64,000 nt of DNA from Octopus vulgaris. Lineage: Eukaryota. Location of the stretch: assembly GCA_951406725.2 (NCBI GenBank), contig OX597825.1, positions 85,312,001 through 85,376,000 on the forward strand, read 5' to 3'. This document shows, in pieces, positions 14,115 through 28,153 of this stretch. Each line of letters opens with the position of its first letter. Position 1 is the stretch's first letter. The notes under the pieces are model-generated. The model searched no databases, had not been told where the DNA came from, and was given only the letters and a program-made list of their open reading frames with translations. Made by a program: the position numbers and the translations under genes.

Positions 14115-14250
14115 TGCCGAGGTCGACTTTGCTTTCATCCTCTCGGGGTCGATAAATTAAGTACCTATTACATACTGGGTTCGATCAAATCGACTGCTCT
14201 ACCCTCCTCATCCAAATTTCAAACTCTGTGCCTATAAAAGAAAGGATTAC
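14115..14250 (+). mobile_element. 5'-truncated SINE family A
   Basis: gccgaggtcgactttgctttcatcctctcggggtcgataaattaagtacc. Confidence 0.8.
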
Positions 14251-15311
14251 ATCTTTTTTTTATTAATTTCACTAATTACACTCATACACAATATCTTCAA
14301 ATGTATTCTGTTACAGAATTGAACATTTAAGATTTTACTGGATCAATAAATCATAAGGCGGATCTTATGATTAAGCACTTTGACAGAATTCTGTCCTTAT
14401 CTTAATCTTAACATCCTATTTAGAAGAACATTAAAATTTCAACGATTTCATCTTCAGAACTAGCAACACGACCAATTGTTACGAAAACAATTCTGTCTGT
14501 TTCTTTTTCTTTTTCTTTTCCTTTTTTCTTTCCAAATCATTAAATAGTTATTGTTTGAAAGAAGGTGAGTGAAAATTCTTCAATTTAACGCATTTTTGTT
14601 TATCGGTTCACCCTCACCCCAAATCTCGTACAAGTTCACGTTTCATTGATACAAATTAACATTCGCACTGCGGTAACACACTCTTCCTCTCTCCCTTCAC
14701 TCTCTTTCTCCTCCTCTCTCTCTCTCTCTCTCTCTCTCTCGTTCCCTCACCTCAGATTCCATACATAAAAGCAATGACGTAACACAGTTTTGCTCTCCCA
14801 ACGATAATAAACGTTTTTCAAACTTGGTCATAAAATTAATCGACGTTTTTGGTTTACACAGACTAAAACATAACCTAGAATAAAAAAATAATAAACAAAT
14901 TAAATAAGACATAAACAAAAGCTTTAAAAGTTGCAAGAACAACCACCACGATGAAGAATGACAAGTAAAATTTGTCAGATTGTTCTTTGGGAAAAAATAC
15001 CACTAGTACGTGTTTTACCATTTTCTAGCATCGTCTTGGATTCTAGTGATTCATGAGTAAAGGATTTTTTCTTTCTTTTTTTTTTTTTGCTATGGTTTCC
15101 AGTACACCACTCACAATATAAACAAATGGTGGAAACTTAAAAGTGTCTTACTGAGATCGTACATGACCACACGCAAAAACACACACATGAAGAGAAGCAT
15201 AGAGACACAAATAAACACACACATACACACACGCATAAACACATACGAATATACATAGATACACATACATTCAAACAAGCTTACAGCTGTATGTTGAGAA
15301 GAATTGCTAAC

Positions 15312-15450
15312 AGGTGCCGGAGTGGCTGTGTAGTAAGTAGCTTGCTTACCAACCACATGGTTCCGGGTTCAGTCCCACTGTGTGGCACCTTAGGCAAGTG
15401 TCTTTTACTATAGCCTCGGGTCGACCAAAGTCGTGTGAGTGGATTTGGTC
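15312..15450 (+). mobile_element. SINE family B, 5' part
   Basis: ggagtggctgtgtagtaagtagcttgcttaccaaccacatggttccgggttcagtcccactg. Confidence 0.85.
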
Positions 15451-15939
15451 GACCCTGAGAAGACGTCCTTCTAAAGGAAGCTCCAGCTGTTTGAATTTAG
15501 GTCCAAATTCCAAGCAAACCCAAATAAGTTTTATTAGAAAAGAATGAATTCGTTGAATATAGTAATCCGGGATACTCTGAGATTGGACAAAGATGGTGCT
15601 TTCATTCCAACAACATTGAGCATGAGCTAACGGACGAGTAAGCCTTTACGTAGTCACACGATTTTCTAGAAACAACAGTTAAATTTTCAACTCATAATCT
15701 ATCCATTTTGCGAAATGTACTAATAGCTTTGATAATGTAGTCCTTGATACACCATTCCTAAAGAAGAAATGGTGGAATAATCACGGTTGTAAAGAATTTG
15801 AATCATTTGTATTGAGTCGGGGTTGATCAAGTTTTAAACAACAACAATACCGACAAAGTAGATGAGAGGAAAGTATCCCCTCCGGGGACACAACGGAATT
15901 CCTGCGAGAGATTCAAAATGAAAATTCGTCACATATTGG

Positions 15940-16130
15940 TTTCAAATAATAGTACAAGACCCGCAATTTCAGAGGAGGAGGTAAATCGATTACATCAACC
16001 CCAGTATACAACTGCTACTTATTTTATCGACACCGATGAAAGGCAAAGTTGACCTCGGCGAAATTTGGAACTCAAAACTTAAAAACAGACGAAATGCCCG
16101 ACGTGCTAATAATGTTTCCGCCAACTCATT
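15940..16130 (-). mobile_element. Degenerate SINE family A
   Basis: gatgaaaggcaaagttgacctcggcgaaatttggaactc. Confidence 0.75.
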
Positions 16131-17800
16131 ACCTCTTAACATATTGTTATTCCTGGATCCTGTCCACGCGGCCATTAGAGTCCTTCCGCCAGCTTATTGC
16201 CTCATGTTATTCCTGAATCCTATCCACGCTGCCACCGTAATCCTTCTCTTCAGAATAACCGACATTTATCTCTAAAATATAAACAACAGAATTCTTTCAA
16301 AATTTCCTCATTATATATCATTATTTCTCTAGAAAATAATTTACTTCTCTGAAATATTTTTTTTTTTTTTTACTAAGAAAGGAAAAAAAAGCTATTCAAG
16401 TATTGTATCAGAAATTCATTCTTAATTCATTGTTCATAATCTTTTGTCGATCTAAATTATATAATTCTATACTTAGACAAAATTGATTATTATAAAAAAT
16501 ATTATTAATCGAAGTCAGAATAAAGAATATTTTGGTAAGAAATAAACCAATTTTAATCAAAATATCTTGTCGTATTTGAGTATTGTTTTCTAGGAACGAA
16601 TGTCCTCTATTTCAGATGAAATGACATGAGATGCAGTGCTGATCATATTTTTACTGACTACATTGACAGGGGTTCTTATTTGGGATCTTTTGTAGGTTTG
16701 TGGGGTTTAATACATTAGTGAATGGAAGAAAGGCAGGGGGAATGTCATTAAACCTGATTCGGGGCAATGTGTAGCCAATGGGAAAATGCTATCATCAAGT
16801 GGAGTGCTTAACCTTAAAATTTTTCATTCGGGCAAGCGCCCTTAAATTTATCGAGAACCCGGTGGTATTGTTAAAATTGTCAACGGATTAAAACTCTTCC
16901 ATGTCAGCGAATTGTAACCATAATGCCAATATCATTTGGATAATATTGGTGGAATATTTTCCACATGGTGCAAATAATGTATCTTTCATGGTGGCGTTGC
17001 AGAGAATAGAACTTCTGCTGTTTTAGTCGAGCCCAATAACCAAGTCCCCATCATGCCATTTATTATTATTATTCTTTTTTTGTGATTTCCAATATATAAA
17101 CATATTTCATCTTATAAACCATTCTAAAGCTGCGTGAACCAACAAAAATGTATATACTACAAAAAGTGATCAAAAACTAATGTTTTAAGGAGGGTTTGTC
17201 TTTAAAAGACAACGAAGTGGGTTTTGAGCAAACCTTGTAATAGACGTCTGGATTTTCTCACTTAGCTTCACGGCACACTGTCATATCTTAACTTAGAAAC
17301 ATTTCTAGATCGAAATCAATCAACAAACATCTGGTTTCAAAATAAAAATAAAACTTCTTAAAACAAGAGTCGCCATATTTAGAACAGAGATAAAAACAAA
17401 CAAACGAAAATATATATTTGTTCATTTACACTTCTATCACATTTTTCATATTCTTTTACTACAAACACACACACGCACACACACACACACACACATCAAC
17501 ATTTAAACGTATGTAGATATAGTTGTGTGTGTATGTATGCATGGATATAGATATATGTATGTATGCATGTGCATATATATATATATATATATATACATAT
17601 ATATGCACACACATGTACACACACTAAATATATATATATATATGTAGGTATGTGTGTATGTATGTACTTTTATACGTGTGTATATACATATATATATGAT
17701 TATATATATATATATATACACACACACTCATACACACACACTCATTCACACACACTAATACACACACACACTTATACACACATACACTCATACACACACT

Positions 17801-17841
<41 letters not shown>

Positions 17842-18218
17842 CATTTTCCTGGTAAATTTCGGCTGTATTTTTGTATTTTTGCTTTTTTGTTTACTTTATT
17901 GTCAAATTGTTCGGCTGACTATTTCACCAGAAATATTTATAATCACAAATATAGGAGAAAAAAACGTTTTATCATAAAAAAAAATATCTCACTTTTCCAT
18001 TTTAGTCACACTTTCTCTCCTTTTCATAATTTTGTTTTCTAAATTTTTACTCCAAATATTTAGCTACATATTAGAATATGTATGTGTATGTATGTATATA
18101 CATATGTTTGATAATCGCCGACATACACTTATATACACATACACACACGCATACACACAAGGACACGGATACACACATATATGTATAAAGAGAAAGAGAG
18201 AGAGAGTGATAGACTGAC

Positions 18219-18277
<59 letters not shown>

Positions 18278-19014
18278 CAGACAGATAGATAGATAGATAG
18301 ATGCACATGATATATGGTGGCGATATTTTCGTGTGTGTGTGTGTGTGAACATTTTTTTTGCTCAAATGTTTTCACGATGTCAAGTTTCTAATTTTGGCTT
18401 TGCGAACTCCTTTGAAGAGCACAAGAACTCTAGAAATAGACAGACATGAAGAACGCAGTGTTAGATGCGAGAGGTCTTCCTAGGTTTAATGATATTTTCT
18501 TGTTAACAAATATGTATACCTCCTTCCATCACTTTTAGACACATTGAAATAAGTGTTTGAAAGTGTGTGTTTATATAGGTCTATATACATATATATGTAC
18601 ACGTATATATATATATATATATGTGTGTGTGTTTGTGTGCGTATGTGTGTGCGCGTGCTTTTATATGTGTGCGTCTACATATATATGTTTGTGTGTGTGT
18701 GCCTATATATATATACATATACATATAGGCATTGTGTGTATGTGTATATGGCTGTGTGTGTTTTTAAATGACGTATGATTAACAAAATTAACTGCAATGA
18801 TATGAATATTTTAATTTTTATCCAAAGACATAAAAATATAATGAACACAAGAGAAAGGTTAACAATTTTTTGACGATTAATTGGAAATTTTAATTGTGTG
18901 TATCTGATATTTTTGTAAATGTTTATATTTTGGTGTGAAGAGTGGAGAGAGAGCACCTGATTTGTTGAACGTAAAGAAATAAGCGCTGCATTATATGAAT
19001 TTATAATATACGTT

Positions 19015-19805
19015 CAAGCAATTCGTAATGGATAATCCCTTCCTAGTCCCACCATGCGCACAACATCGTTTTGCGCGGATGAAGATCTTGTTTCACGCGC
19101 GGAGTCGCTTGTTTACCGGGGCTTAGACATTCCTTACGCTGCTTCATATTGATGTACATGCAACATTTTTCGTCGCAGTAACAATTCCGTAAAGAATTCG
19201 TTGCTTGTATCCATGAGTTGAGAGGTGACGAGCAAGCAAACCAGCGGCCATTGTGGCTCGTTGAATATTTGTTGTTGTCACTTAAAGCATGCGGATCCCA
19301 TACTTCTGAACCATTCTCATCGAGTGAAGATGCTTCTCTATAGCAGTGAGGGAGCATTCCATTTTCTCTGCCTGTTTCCTTGTCGTTTGACAAGAATTTT
19401 CGTGCAAAAGTTGGTTTAATTGCTCTTCATCGAACTCAACTGGACGGCCAGAACGAGGTGCATCTTTGAGGTCAAAATTTCCAGTTTTGAACTTGGCATA
19501 CCAATCACGACCAGTTCTTTCAGCTATGGTACCCTCTCCATACACATCACAAATGTCGCAAGCAGCATTTGCGGCCTTAGAACCTCGATTAAAAGCAAAA
19601 CGAAGGAGGTGTCGAAAATGCTCGTTTTTTTCTTAACTTGACATTCCATTTTAATGATCTGAAAATAAACAAAAATTAAATAAAATTAACTAGAAAAAAA
19701 CACACACATAATGGATTCCAAAGAGATTCGAAAATAGAATTCTCGAAAAAAAAATAGATTACAAAATTTTTTAAAAACCGCGGCAACTTAGTTGCCATCC
19801 CAATA
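19015..19805 (-). mobile_element. Mariner transposon, 5' half, frameshifted transposase pseudogene
   Basis: ATG at ~19649 (MECQVKKNEHFRHLL...), HTH YGEGTIAERTGRDWYAKFKTGNFDLKDAPRSGRP, then PGKQATPRVKQDLHPRKTMLCAWWD; TIR tattgggatggcaactaagttgccgcgg at ~19778-19805. Confidence 0.92.
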
Positions 19806-20214
19806 GATATGTGTGTGTGTGCGCGTGTGTGTGTGTGTGTTAGCGAGAGAGGTGTTATTAATACAGAGCAGTAATATTTATTCCTATCTAAACTTGGATG
19901 TTTTGTTAGAAGCTATACTGCTGTAGATGCCATGAGAGAAACTCTAATATTGGCTTTTGGTGCAACGTGAACTCGTTTATAACACTAACGGGGAAATAAA
20001 TCTCCGCCACTTCCAGCGCCGAGGACACCGGATCACGTTATTTCGACCTTCCATGGACTTGCCAATGATGGATGCTCGACAGCTAAAGATGGCGACGACG
20101 CATCTTCCCACCACCAACACCATCAATATATATAATATATATAATAACAAGGGCTGGTGTCGTGATTAATCACTGAGCTTGTTAAAAAGTAGACAGACAG
20201 ACAGACAGATAGAC

Positions 20215-20297
<83 letters not shown>

Positions 20298-20306
20298 CAG
20301 ATAGAC

Positions 20307-20364
<58 letters not shown>

Positions 20365-20394
20365 GTAGACAGATAGATAGAAAGATAGATAGAT

Positions 20395-20583
20395 ATGTTT
20401 CTTTATTAGCCACACAGGGCTGCACACAGACAGGACGAATTACAAGGTAGAGCTTTTCTTTTGGGGTTAAAAAAGGGGGTTTGGTTTTCGATCAAAAGGG
20501 ATCGTAAAGGGAAAGAAAGAGGACAAAAAAAAGGGGGGAATAAAATTTTAACAAAAAAGGGGGGGAGGAAAAGGGAAAAAAAT
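20395..20583 (-). mobile_element. LINE-like 3' end (possibly Tx1/L1) inserted in (GATA)n
   Basis: On minus: pyrimidine-rich UTR ending gtgtgcagccctgtgtggctAATAAAgaaac, with (GATA)n on both sides. Clade assignment is inference. Confidence 0.5.
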
Positions 20584-20610
20584 AGATAGATAGATGGATG
20601 GATGGATAGG

Positions 20611-20678
<68 letters not shown>

Positions 20679-20679
20679 C

Positions 20680-20762
<83 letters not shown>

Positions 20763-21194
20763 AAAACGCACAGTCAGCTAAGCAGATATGTAGGTAGATT
20801 GAGAGGAAAGGACGGAAAGAGAGAAATATAGGGTTTGTTTTCCAAAGCTCACGCTCACAGCTGGTATTAATTTAATTTAGTTAAAATATTCTTAACCGAA
20901 ACAAAACTTCTTATCCATTTTTCACCGTTTATAATTAATTTTTTTTTAACGAACAGACATTTCGCTGTCAAAATACATCTTACTCTTCCTCTAATTATCC
21001 GAATTACTTCGAAATCTAATTTGCTTCACACTTCACTCACATCGTCGAAATCTAGTCTCTTCATTCCTTTATGGTCTGTACTTTTTTAGATATACACATA
21101 CACAAATACACGCACACGCACACAAAACTATATATGGACATACATGTCAGTGTATATGTATATATGTGTGTGTATATATATATATGTGTGTGTT

Positions 21195-21252
<58 letters not shown>

Positions 21253-21254
<2 letters not shown>

Positions 21255-21520
21255 GAGGCACAATGGCCTGGTGGTTAGAGCAGCGTGTGTGTTTATGAGC
21301 GAAAACACCTAAAAGCTCCACGAGGCTCCGGCAGGGGGTGGTGGCGACCCCTGTTGTACTCTTTCGCCCCAACTTTCTCTCACTCTTCCTTCCTGTTTCT
21401 TGAGTAACGCTGCGATGGACTGGCGTCCCGTCCAGCTGGGGGAGGGGGGGACAAACACGCCACAGAAACCGGGAAACCGGGCCCATGAGCCTGGCTAGGC
21501 ATGAAAAGGGCGAAAGATAA
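21253..21520 (+). mobile_element. Third tRNA-headed SINE with a V-domain-like segment
   Basis: A-box tggcctggtggttagagc (B-box region deleted); gctgcgatggactggcgtcccgtccag resembles the V-SINE conserved domain. Confidence 0.65.
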
Positions 21521-21557
21521 AATATATATATATATATACACACACGCACACACACAT

Positions 21558-21598
<41 letters not shown>

Positions 21599-21657
21599 CA
21601 GACACATGTATATATGCAATATACGTATTTTTGTTTGTATGTATGTATGTATGTATG

Positions 21658-21688
<31 letters not shown>

Positions 21689-22344
21689 ATGAGAATGCAT
21701 GCATGTATGTATGTGTTTATGGTTGTATGTACATATGTAACCACCGAAAGAGTAATGTTTTCCCTAATACAGATATAAATTTCTCTGAACTACGTACATT
21801 TAAATGTTGATTTAAATTCAAATCTAAATTGCTACATAAATATTTTATTTATCTGTCTAAAATAAAATTCGCATTTTCTCCTTAATATTCTTATGTTTAC
21901 ATATTTTATTACTAAAATTAAAATATTACTAAATTATTAAAAAATATTGTGTGAGATATACTAAAATAATTCAACATTAACTTTCCGATAACATACGTCA
22001 CCCCAAAAAACTCTTCAAGTTTCATATTAAATTAGCTTGTTATATAATCCCATAGACCATTAGAATTATATTTTACTTTCCTTTATATATTACTTCCCCC
22101 AATGCATTCCATATCTCCACCCAAATTTTGCTACCACCTCCATATAAGACCAACAGAGACATATCTGATCCCTTTAACAGCAACAAACTTCACGATGTTA
22201 CTGTATCTAGACCATTATTTTTTATCGTCGCATCATGACTCCTCCCATCTTCAACATCTATGGATGGCTGTCTTTTTGCCTACCTCTCATTACATGTTTG
22301 TGTTTGTATATATATATATATACGTATATTCTGTGCTGTATTTC

Positions 22345-22642
22345 TTCTATCGGAATCTTTTTTGCCGAACCGCTAAATTACGGAACGTAAACACACCAGC
22401 ATCGGTTGTTAAGCGAGGTTGGGGAATAAACACAAACGCCCTTTCCCCCCCCCGCCACACACATATATATATATATATTCGACGAGCTTCTTTCAGTTTC
22501 CGTCTTCCAAATCCACTCACAAGGCTTTGGTCGGCCAGAGGTTATAGTAGAAGACACTTGCCCAAGGTGCCATGCAGCGGGACTGAACACGGAAGCATGT
22601 GGTTAGTAAGCAAGCTACTTACCACACAGCCACTCCTGCACC
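22345..22642 (-). mobile_element. SINE family B
   Basis: ttttgccgaaccgctaa...agaagacacttgcccaaggtgcc...accacacagccactcctgc. Confidence 0.9.
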
Positions 22643-22661
22643 TGTTTATATTATACATACG

Positions 22662-22754
<93 letters not shown>

Positions 22755-23848
22755 TGTTCAATTCCCTTTTCTCTGTCCCTTTCCTTAGATATTCTATTCA
22801 AGCGCAACCATCCCTTTTCCTTTCAATATTATTCACCAGTACGTCTTCCTTTCGCCTCCTTCCCTACTGCCTCATTATTTTTTATATCCTCCTCTTCACT
22901 TTACCTTCTCTCTCTCTCTCTCTCCTTTCTCCCCTTCTATATACATATGCTTACTCTTAATTTAGTTGCTGACTTACTGCTCTAACCATAAATATTGAAA
23001 TATTTCTATCAACGGCTTCATATTTTGAAAAGTTTTAACTGAAGAAGATCTTAGGTAACGGATTTCTTTCCTATCAAATATTACGCAGAGCTGAAACATA
23101 CGTATTAAATTACTTCTACAAATTACTATTTGGTTTCACTTCATTATAACAACATAAATATATGCGTGTGTGTGTGTGTGTGTGTAATACAGTCTATGCA
23201 TTTCCTTCAGACTACTTATTTCCATTTTAATGAAATGCCCCACTCCATAAAATGATTAACTAATAGCTCATAGATTATGTCTGGCGGTTTCTAAAAAGAT
23301 TGAAATAGTGCTATTCATTATTACAGCCGATTAATGCTTTTCAGGAGATTGAAATACACACAAAAAAAATTAAATATGCGAATTCTATACAACTTTTTCA
23401 TTATGATATCTTAATTTCAAATCTAAACTAACTCGACCGTTATAAAGAAATGGTTATCTACTTTGTGATAACATTGACCACTAGGGTAACCACATCAGTT
23501 TCATGTATATTTGTGTGTGTGTATGTGTGTGTGTGTGTGTAATATCATATTTACACATTTTGATTACAAGATATATGGCGCTGGATGATTATAATTCTGT
23601 TTGTCAGCATAATGTTTTATGTTTTGTATTAATTCAATCTCTCCTGACGAGGTGGGCGAGTGCGTGTGCGTTGTATGCGTATCGCTGGCAGCACTTCAAT
23701 TAGAAATCTGCGTCTGTTCGCATTTCCTACACACACACACATGCCTGCATATATACATACATATATATATATACATACATACACACATTTACAAACATAC
23801 GCAAACACATGCATTCAAGCATACACACACATATATATGTATAGATAG

Positions 23849-23892
<44 letters not shown>

Positions 23893-24671
23893 AAGAATAT
23901 GATGCGATCCATAGAAAATAGGATTATTGACAGGAAAACAGTAAATTACAACAACGATAGTTAGTGTCTGTTTTTATTCACATTTAGAAAGAAATTATAT
24001 TCAATAATTGTCTGTATATTGTGTAGAAACGTACGTACATGTATGAGTATATAAGAAATATATATAGACACATAAAATTCATATATATATACATATCCTT
24101 GCCATGTATAAATAATTTGTGAGACATATCTGTATGCAACAACTTATTCGCTTATTGAGCTGATTCCATTTTTTGTTTTATATTTTATCCGAAATACAAC
24201 ATTCTTCTTTTGACTTACTTAGTTTGACTTCCAATCGATAACATTTTTTTAAGTATATTTATTCCTTTCTCGAATGTTTATCCTTTTTATTTTTATTTTT
24301 ATTCATCTAAAATCCCTCAAGGTGCTCTGATGTGTTGTAATTTCTTGGGGTTTTTCTTTTTTAAATTAATAAACGAGAGAGAATGTAAAAAAAAAAAATT
24401 GGTCTCCGGGAGGAGTTAAAAACACAATTCTCAGAGTATTTGGTACTTATCCCCTACGGCAGGACGGATTGAACCAACATCTTTTTATCTCTTTGTAACT
24501 CTATTTATTTATAAGTCTATCTTGTTGCCTACAAATCTAGTAGACTCGTATTCTCTCCCTCTTCCTGCATTCATATATGTATGTGTGTGTATGCATGCAA
24601 TTCTGTGTGTCTTTCCTACTCTCTCTCTCTCTCTATGTACACACACACAAACACACACATATATGTAGGTG

Positions 24672-24736
<65 letters not shown>

Positions 24737-24914
24737 GTGTATGTATGTGTGTGTATGTCTGCGTATGCATGTTTGTATATGTAAATATGTATAACGTAAA
24801 TCTAGTCTATAAATACCATTGATAACGGGCGTATGCATGTGTGCGTGTGGATGCATTGTACAACTATATTCAACATATTCGTGTACAATATAATGCAGAA
24901 GGACCTTCTGCACT

Positions 24915-25480
24915 TCATTGGGCTAAACACGGACATACAATGGATTAAGTCGATTACATCGACCTCAGTGCGTAACTGGTACTCGTTTAATCGACACCGA
25001 AAGGATGAAAGGCAAAGTCGACCTGGGCAGAATTTGAACTCAGAACGTAGCGGCAGACGAAATACCTATTTCTTTACTATCCATAAGGGGCTAAACACAG
25101 AGAGGACAAACAAGGACAGACAAACGGATTAAGTCGATTACATCGACCCCAGTGCGTAACTGGTACTTAATTTATCGACCCCGAAAGGATGAAAGGCAAA
25201 GTCGACCTCGGCGGAATTTGAACTCACAACGTAGCGGCAGACGAAATACCTATTTCTTTACTATCCATAAGGGGCTAAACACAGAGAGGACAAACAAGGA
25301 CAGACAAACGGATTAAGTCGATTACATCGACCCCAGTGCGTAACTGGTACTTAATTTATCGACCCCGAAAGGATGAAAGGCAAAGTCGACCTCGGCGGAA
25401 TTTGAACTCAGAACATAACGGCAGATGAAATACCGGTAAGCATTTCGCCCGGCGTGCTAACGTTTCTGCCAGCTCGCCGC
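24915..25480 (-). mobile_element. SINE family A trimer (184-bp period)
   Basis: ccataa at 25081 and 25265; three bodies, one head at ~25435-25480. Confidence 0.9.
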
Positions 25481-25949
25481 TTTATGAAGAACAAAGCAAA
25501 TAATGAAGACACATTGTCAGCAATAGAAGTAAATCTAAGCAGACGATGACGAGCAGCGGATGGCGGTGGTGAGGCGGGGGTAGTGTTGTAAAAGTTAGTC
25601 TTGCAGACGACAAGAGATCAGTAACGAAGTTAAATCAATAACAATTGAAGGAGAATTTCAAGCAAGTTAACTGGAAGAGTGGTGGGGAGAGGAAGAAAAA
25701 ATATCAAAGAAGTCGACTGCGACTCTATCCGTACGGAACAACGAAGTGTGTCGTTGCAGATTTTGACGTGGTGGACATTATATTTATGTGTGTACACAGA
25801 CATAAATATAATTTGATATAATCTGGGTAATAATCTTTTGGCGTGTTTTCGAATACACACACACACACATATATATATTTTCATATATATATATTTATAC
25901 ATATTTTATATATATACTATATATTTATATATATCATACTTATGTGTAT

Positions 25950-25987
<38 letters not shown>

Positions 25988-25989
25988 GA

Positions 25990-26397
25990 TTGGTTGTGTG
26001 TTAAGTAGCTTGCTTACCAACCACATGGTTCCGGGTTCAGTCCCACTGCGTGGTACCTTAGGCAAGTGTCTTCTACTATAGTCTCGGATCGATTAATGCC
26101 TTGTGAGTGGATTTGGTAGACGGAAACTGAACGAAGCCTGTCATTATATATATGTGTGCGTGTCTGTGTGTGTGTATGTGTGTGTGTGTGTGTGTTTATT
26201 TGTGTGCCTGTGTTTGTCCTTCCGCCATCGCTTGACAACCGATGTTGGTGTGTTCACGTTCCCGTAACTTAGAGATTCGGCAAAAGAGACCGATAGATGA
26301 AGTTCTAGGCTTACAAAGAATAATTCCTGGGGTCGATTTGTTCGACTAAAGGCGGTGCTCTCGGTTGGCCGCAGTCAAATGACTGAATCAAATAAAA

Positions 26398-26400
<3 letters not shown>
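25990..26400 (+). mobile_element. Near full-length SINE family B
   Basis: Head, CORE-like gtggtaccttaggcaagtgtc, internal (GT)n, tail gcagtcaaatgactgaatcaaataaaagaa. Confidence 0.9.
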
Positions 26401-26438
<38 letters not shown>

Positions 26439-26443
26439 TTATA

Positions 26444-26475
<32 letters not shown>

Positions 26476-26703
26476 CTTAATGCAGAAAAAAAACAACAGT
26501 GCGAGGACGTGGTGCATACAAGGTATTAGCAGACGCTAAGGAAAGGAAAGAAAGGTGGTTTTACATTTTGGGCAAAGCTCTTCTTCAGAAACAGGAGACA
26601 GAGGAGAGTCCAAGAGAAGAGGAGGGCGGAGGAAAACAAACGCCAACGATCCACATACAATTACATATATACATGTATGTATGTATCTACACACACACAC
26701 ACA

Positions 26704-26739
<36 letters not shown>

Positions 26740-27261
26740 TGTATTTATGTATGTATGTATGTATGTATGTATATGGCATGCACATGTGTGTATGTGTGTA
26801 CGTGTGCGTATGTGTGCGTGCGTATTTCTGTATGTGTTCTATTAGTAAGTATACATTAGTAAACTGACCTTTAAAAGTACACATTTTGGTTTAAGTCAAG
26901 TTTTTTAGCATATGTTCTAAAATACATGAATGCTGCGTGTGTGTGTGCGTTTGTGTGTGTGCGTGACTATTTTCGATTTTGGTCTTCGTAGAATTCAGCA
27001 TCGGCGATAGATTTGATACATTATCGATTAGTGATTATATTATAATTATTCATTCCATGTTTAGCAGACGTGGAATGACTCTCGTCCGACGCCGCCACTG
27101 AAACACTTTGACAGTCACATTAATCACACATATTCACATAATACTTTTTTCACTTTCTCATTTTCATTTCCATTTTCATATTCTAATTTCGAAACGTATG
27201 CTAGTTTCCCACTGATTCTCTTAAAAAGTCTTTCCTTTTGAAATTATACTGTCTCTCTCCA

Positions 27262-27310
<49 letters not shown>

Positions 27311-27397
27311 ACCTGCCTATCTATCTATTTATCTATCTATGTCTCTCCCCATCTCTCTCTCTCTTTATATATATATATATATATATATATAAATATG

Positions 27398-27449
<52 letters not shown>

Positions 27450-27451
<2 letters not shown>

Positions 27452-27572
27452 GCGGTTCGGCAAAAGAGACCGATGGAATAAGTACTGGGCTTACAAAGAA
27501 TAAGTCCCGGGGTCGATTTGCTCGACTAAAGGCGAGACATGGCCGCAGTCAAATGACTGAAACAAGTAGTAA
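27450..27572 (+). mobile_element. SINE family B, 3' half
   Basis: agcggttcggcaaaagagaccgat...gtcaaatgactgaaacaagta. Confidence 0.85.
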
Positions 27573-27630
<58 letters not shown>

Positions 27631-27691
27631 GTATATACGTATATATATATACATACATATATATTATATATGTCTGTGTGTGTGTGTGTGT

Positions 27692-27890
27692 GTGACCGCG
27701 TGTGTATCGTTGGCGATTTTCTCTCCGTCTTCACTTCCTTGGACTTTCCTTTGTCTATATTTCTGACGAAGAGCTCCGCCCGAAACGTTAAATCCTCCTT
27801 CTTTCTTTCCTTTTCTTAGCGTCAATTAACACTATACTTGTTCCACCTCCTCACGTTGTTGTGTTTTCTCTTTGTTCATGTTTGATTAAC
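27692..27890 (+). mobile_element. Penelope-like pLTR fragment with a minimal hammerhead motif
   Basis: attt-CTGACGA-agagctccgccc-GAAAC-GTT-aaat; related to the copies at 37.2, 47.7 and 50.3 kb. Confidence 0.6.
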
Positions 27891-27909
27891 TATATATATA
27901 TATATGAGA

Positions 27910-28121
27910 GAGATTAAAGAAGGAAAATGCATACACTTTACATAGATATAATTTAATTTTAATATATGTTATATTGTGCTTGTCGACTGGTTTCGCTTTT
28001 GCTATTCATGACATTAACATTTATTTAAATACGTATTTTCTAAGGAGAGGTAATTGGTTATCGTTATTATTGTAGGCTGGGGAGATAATTGTTCAGCTTT
28101 TGGTAGTAGGGGGAATATGTA

Positions 28122-28153
<32 letters not shown>

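Noticed and set aside
24915-25480. Regularly spaced repeats resembling a CRISPR array
   Set aside because: They are whole 184-bp tandem SINE units without unique spacers, in a eukaryotic context with no cas genes.
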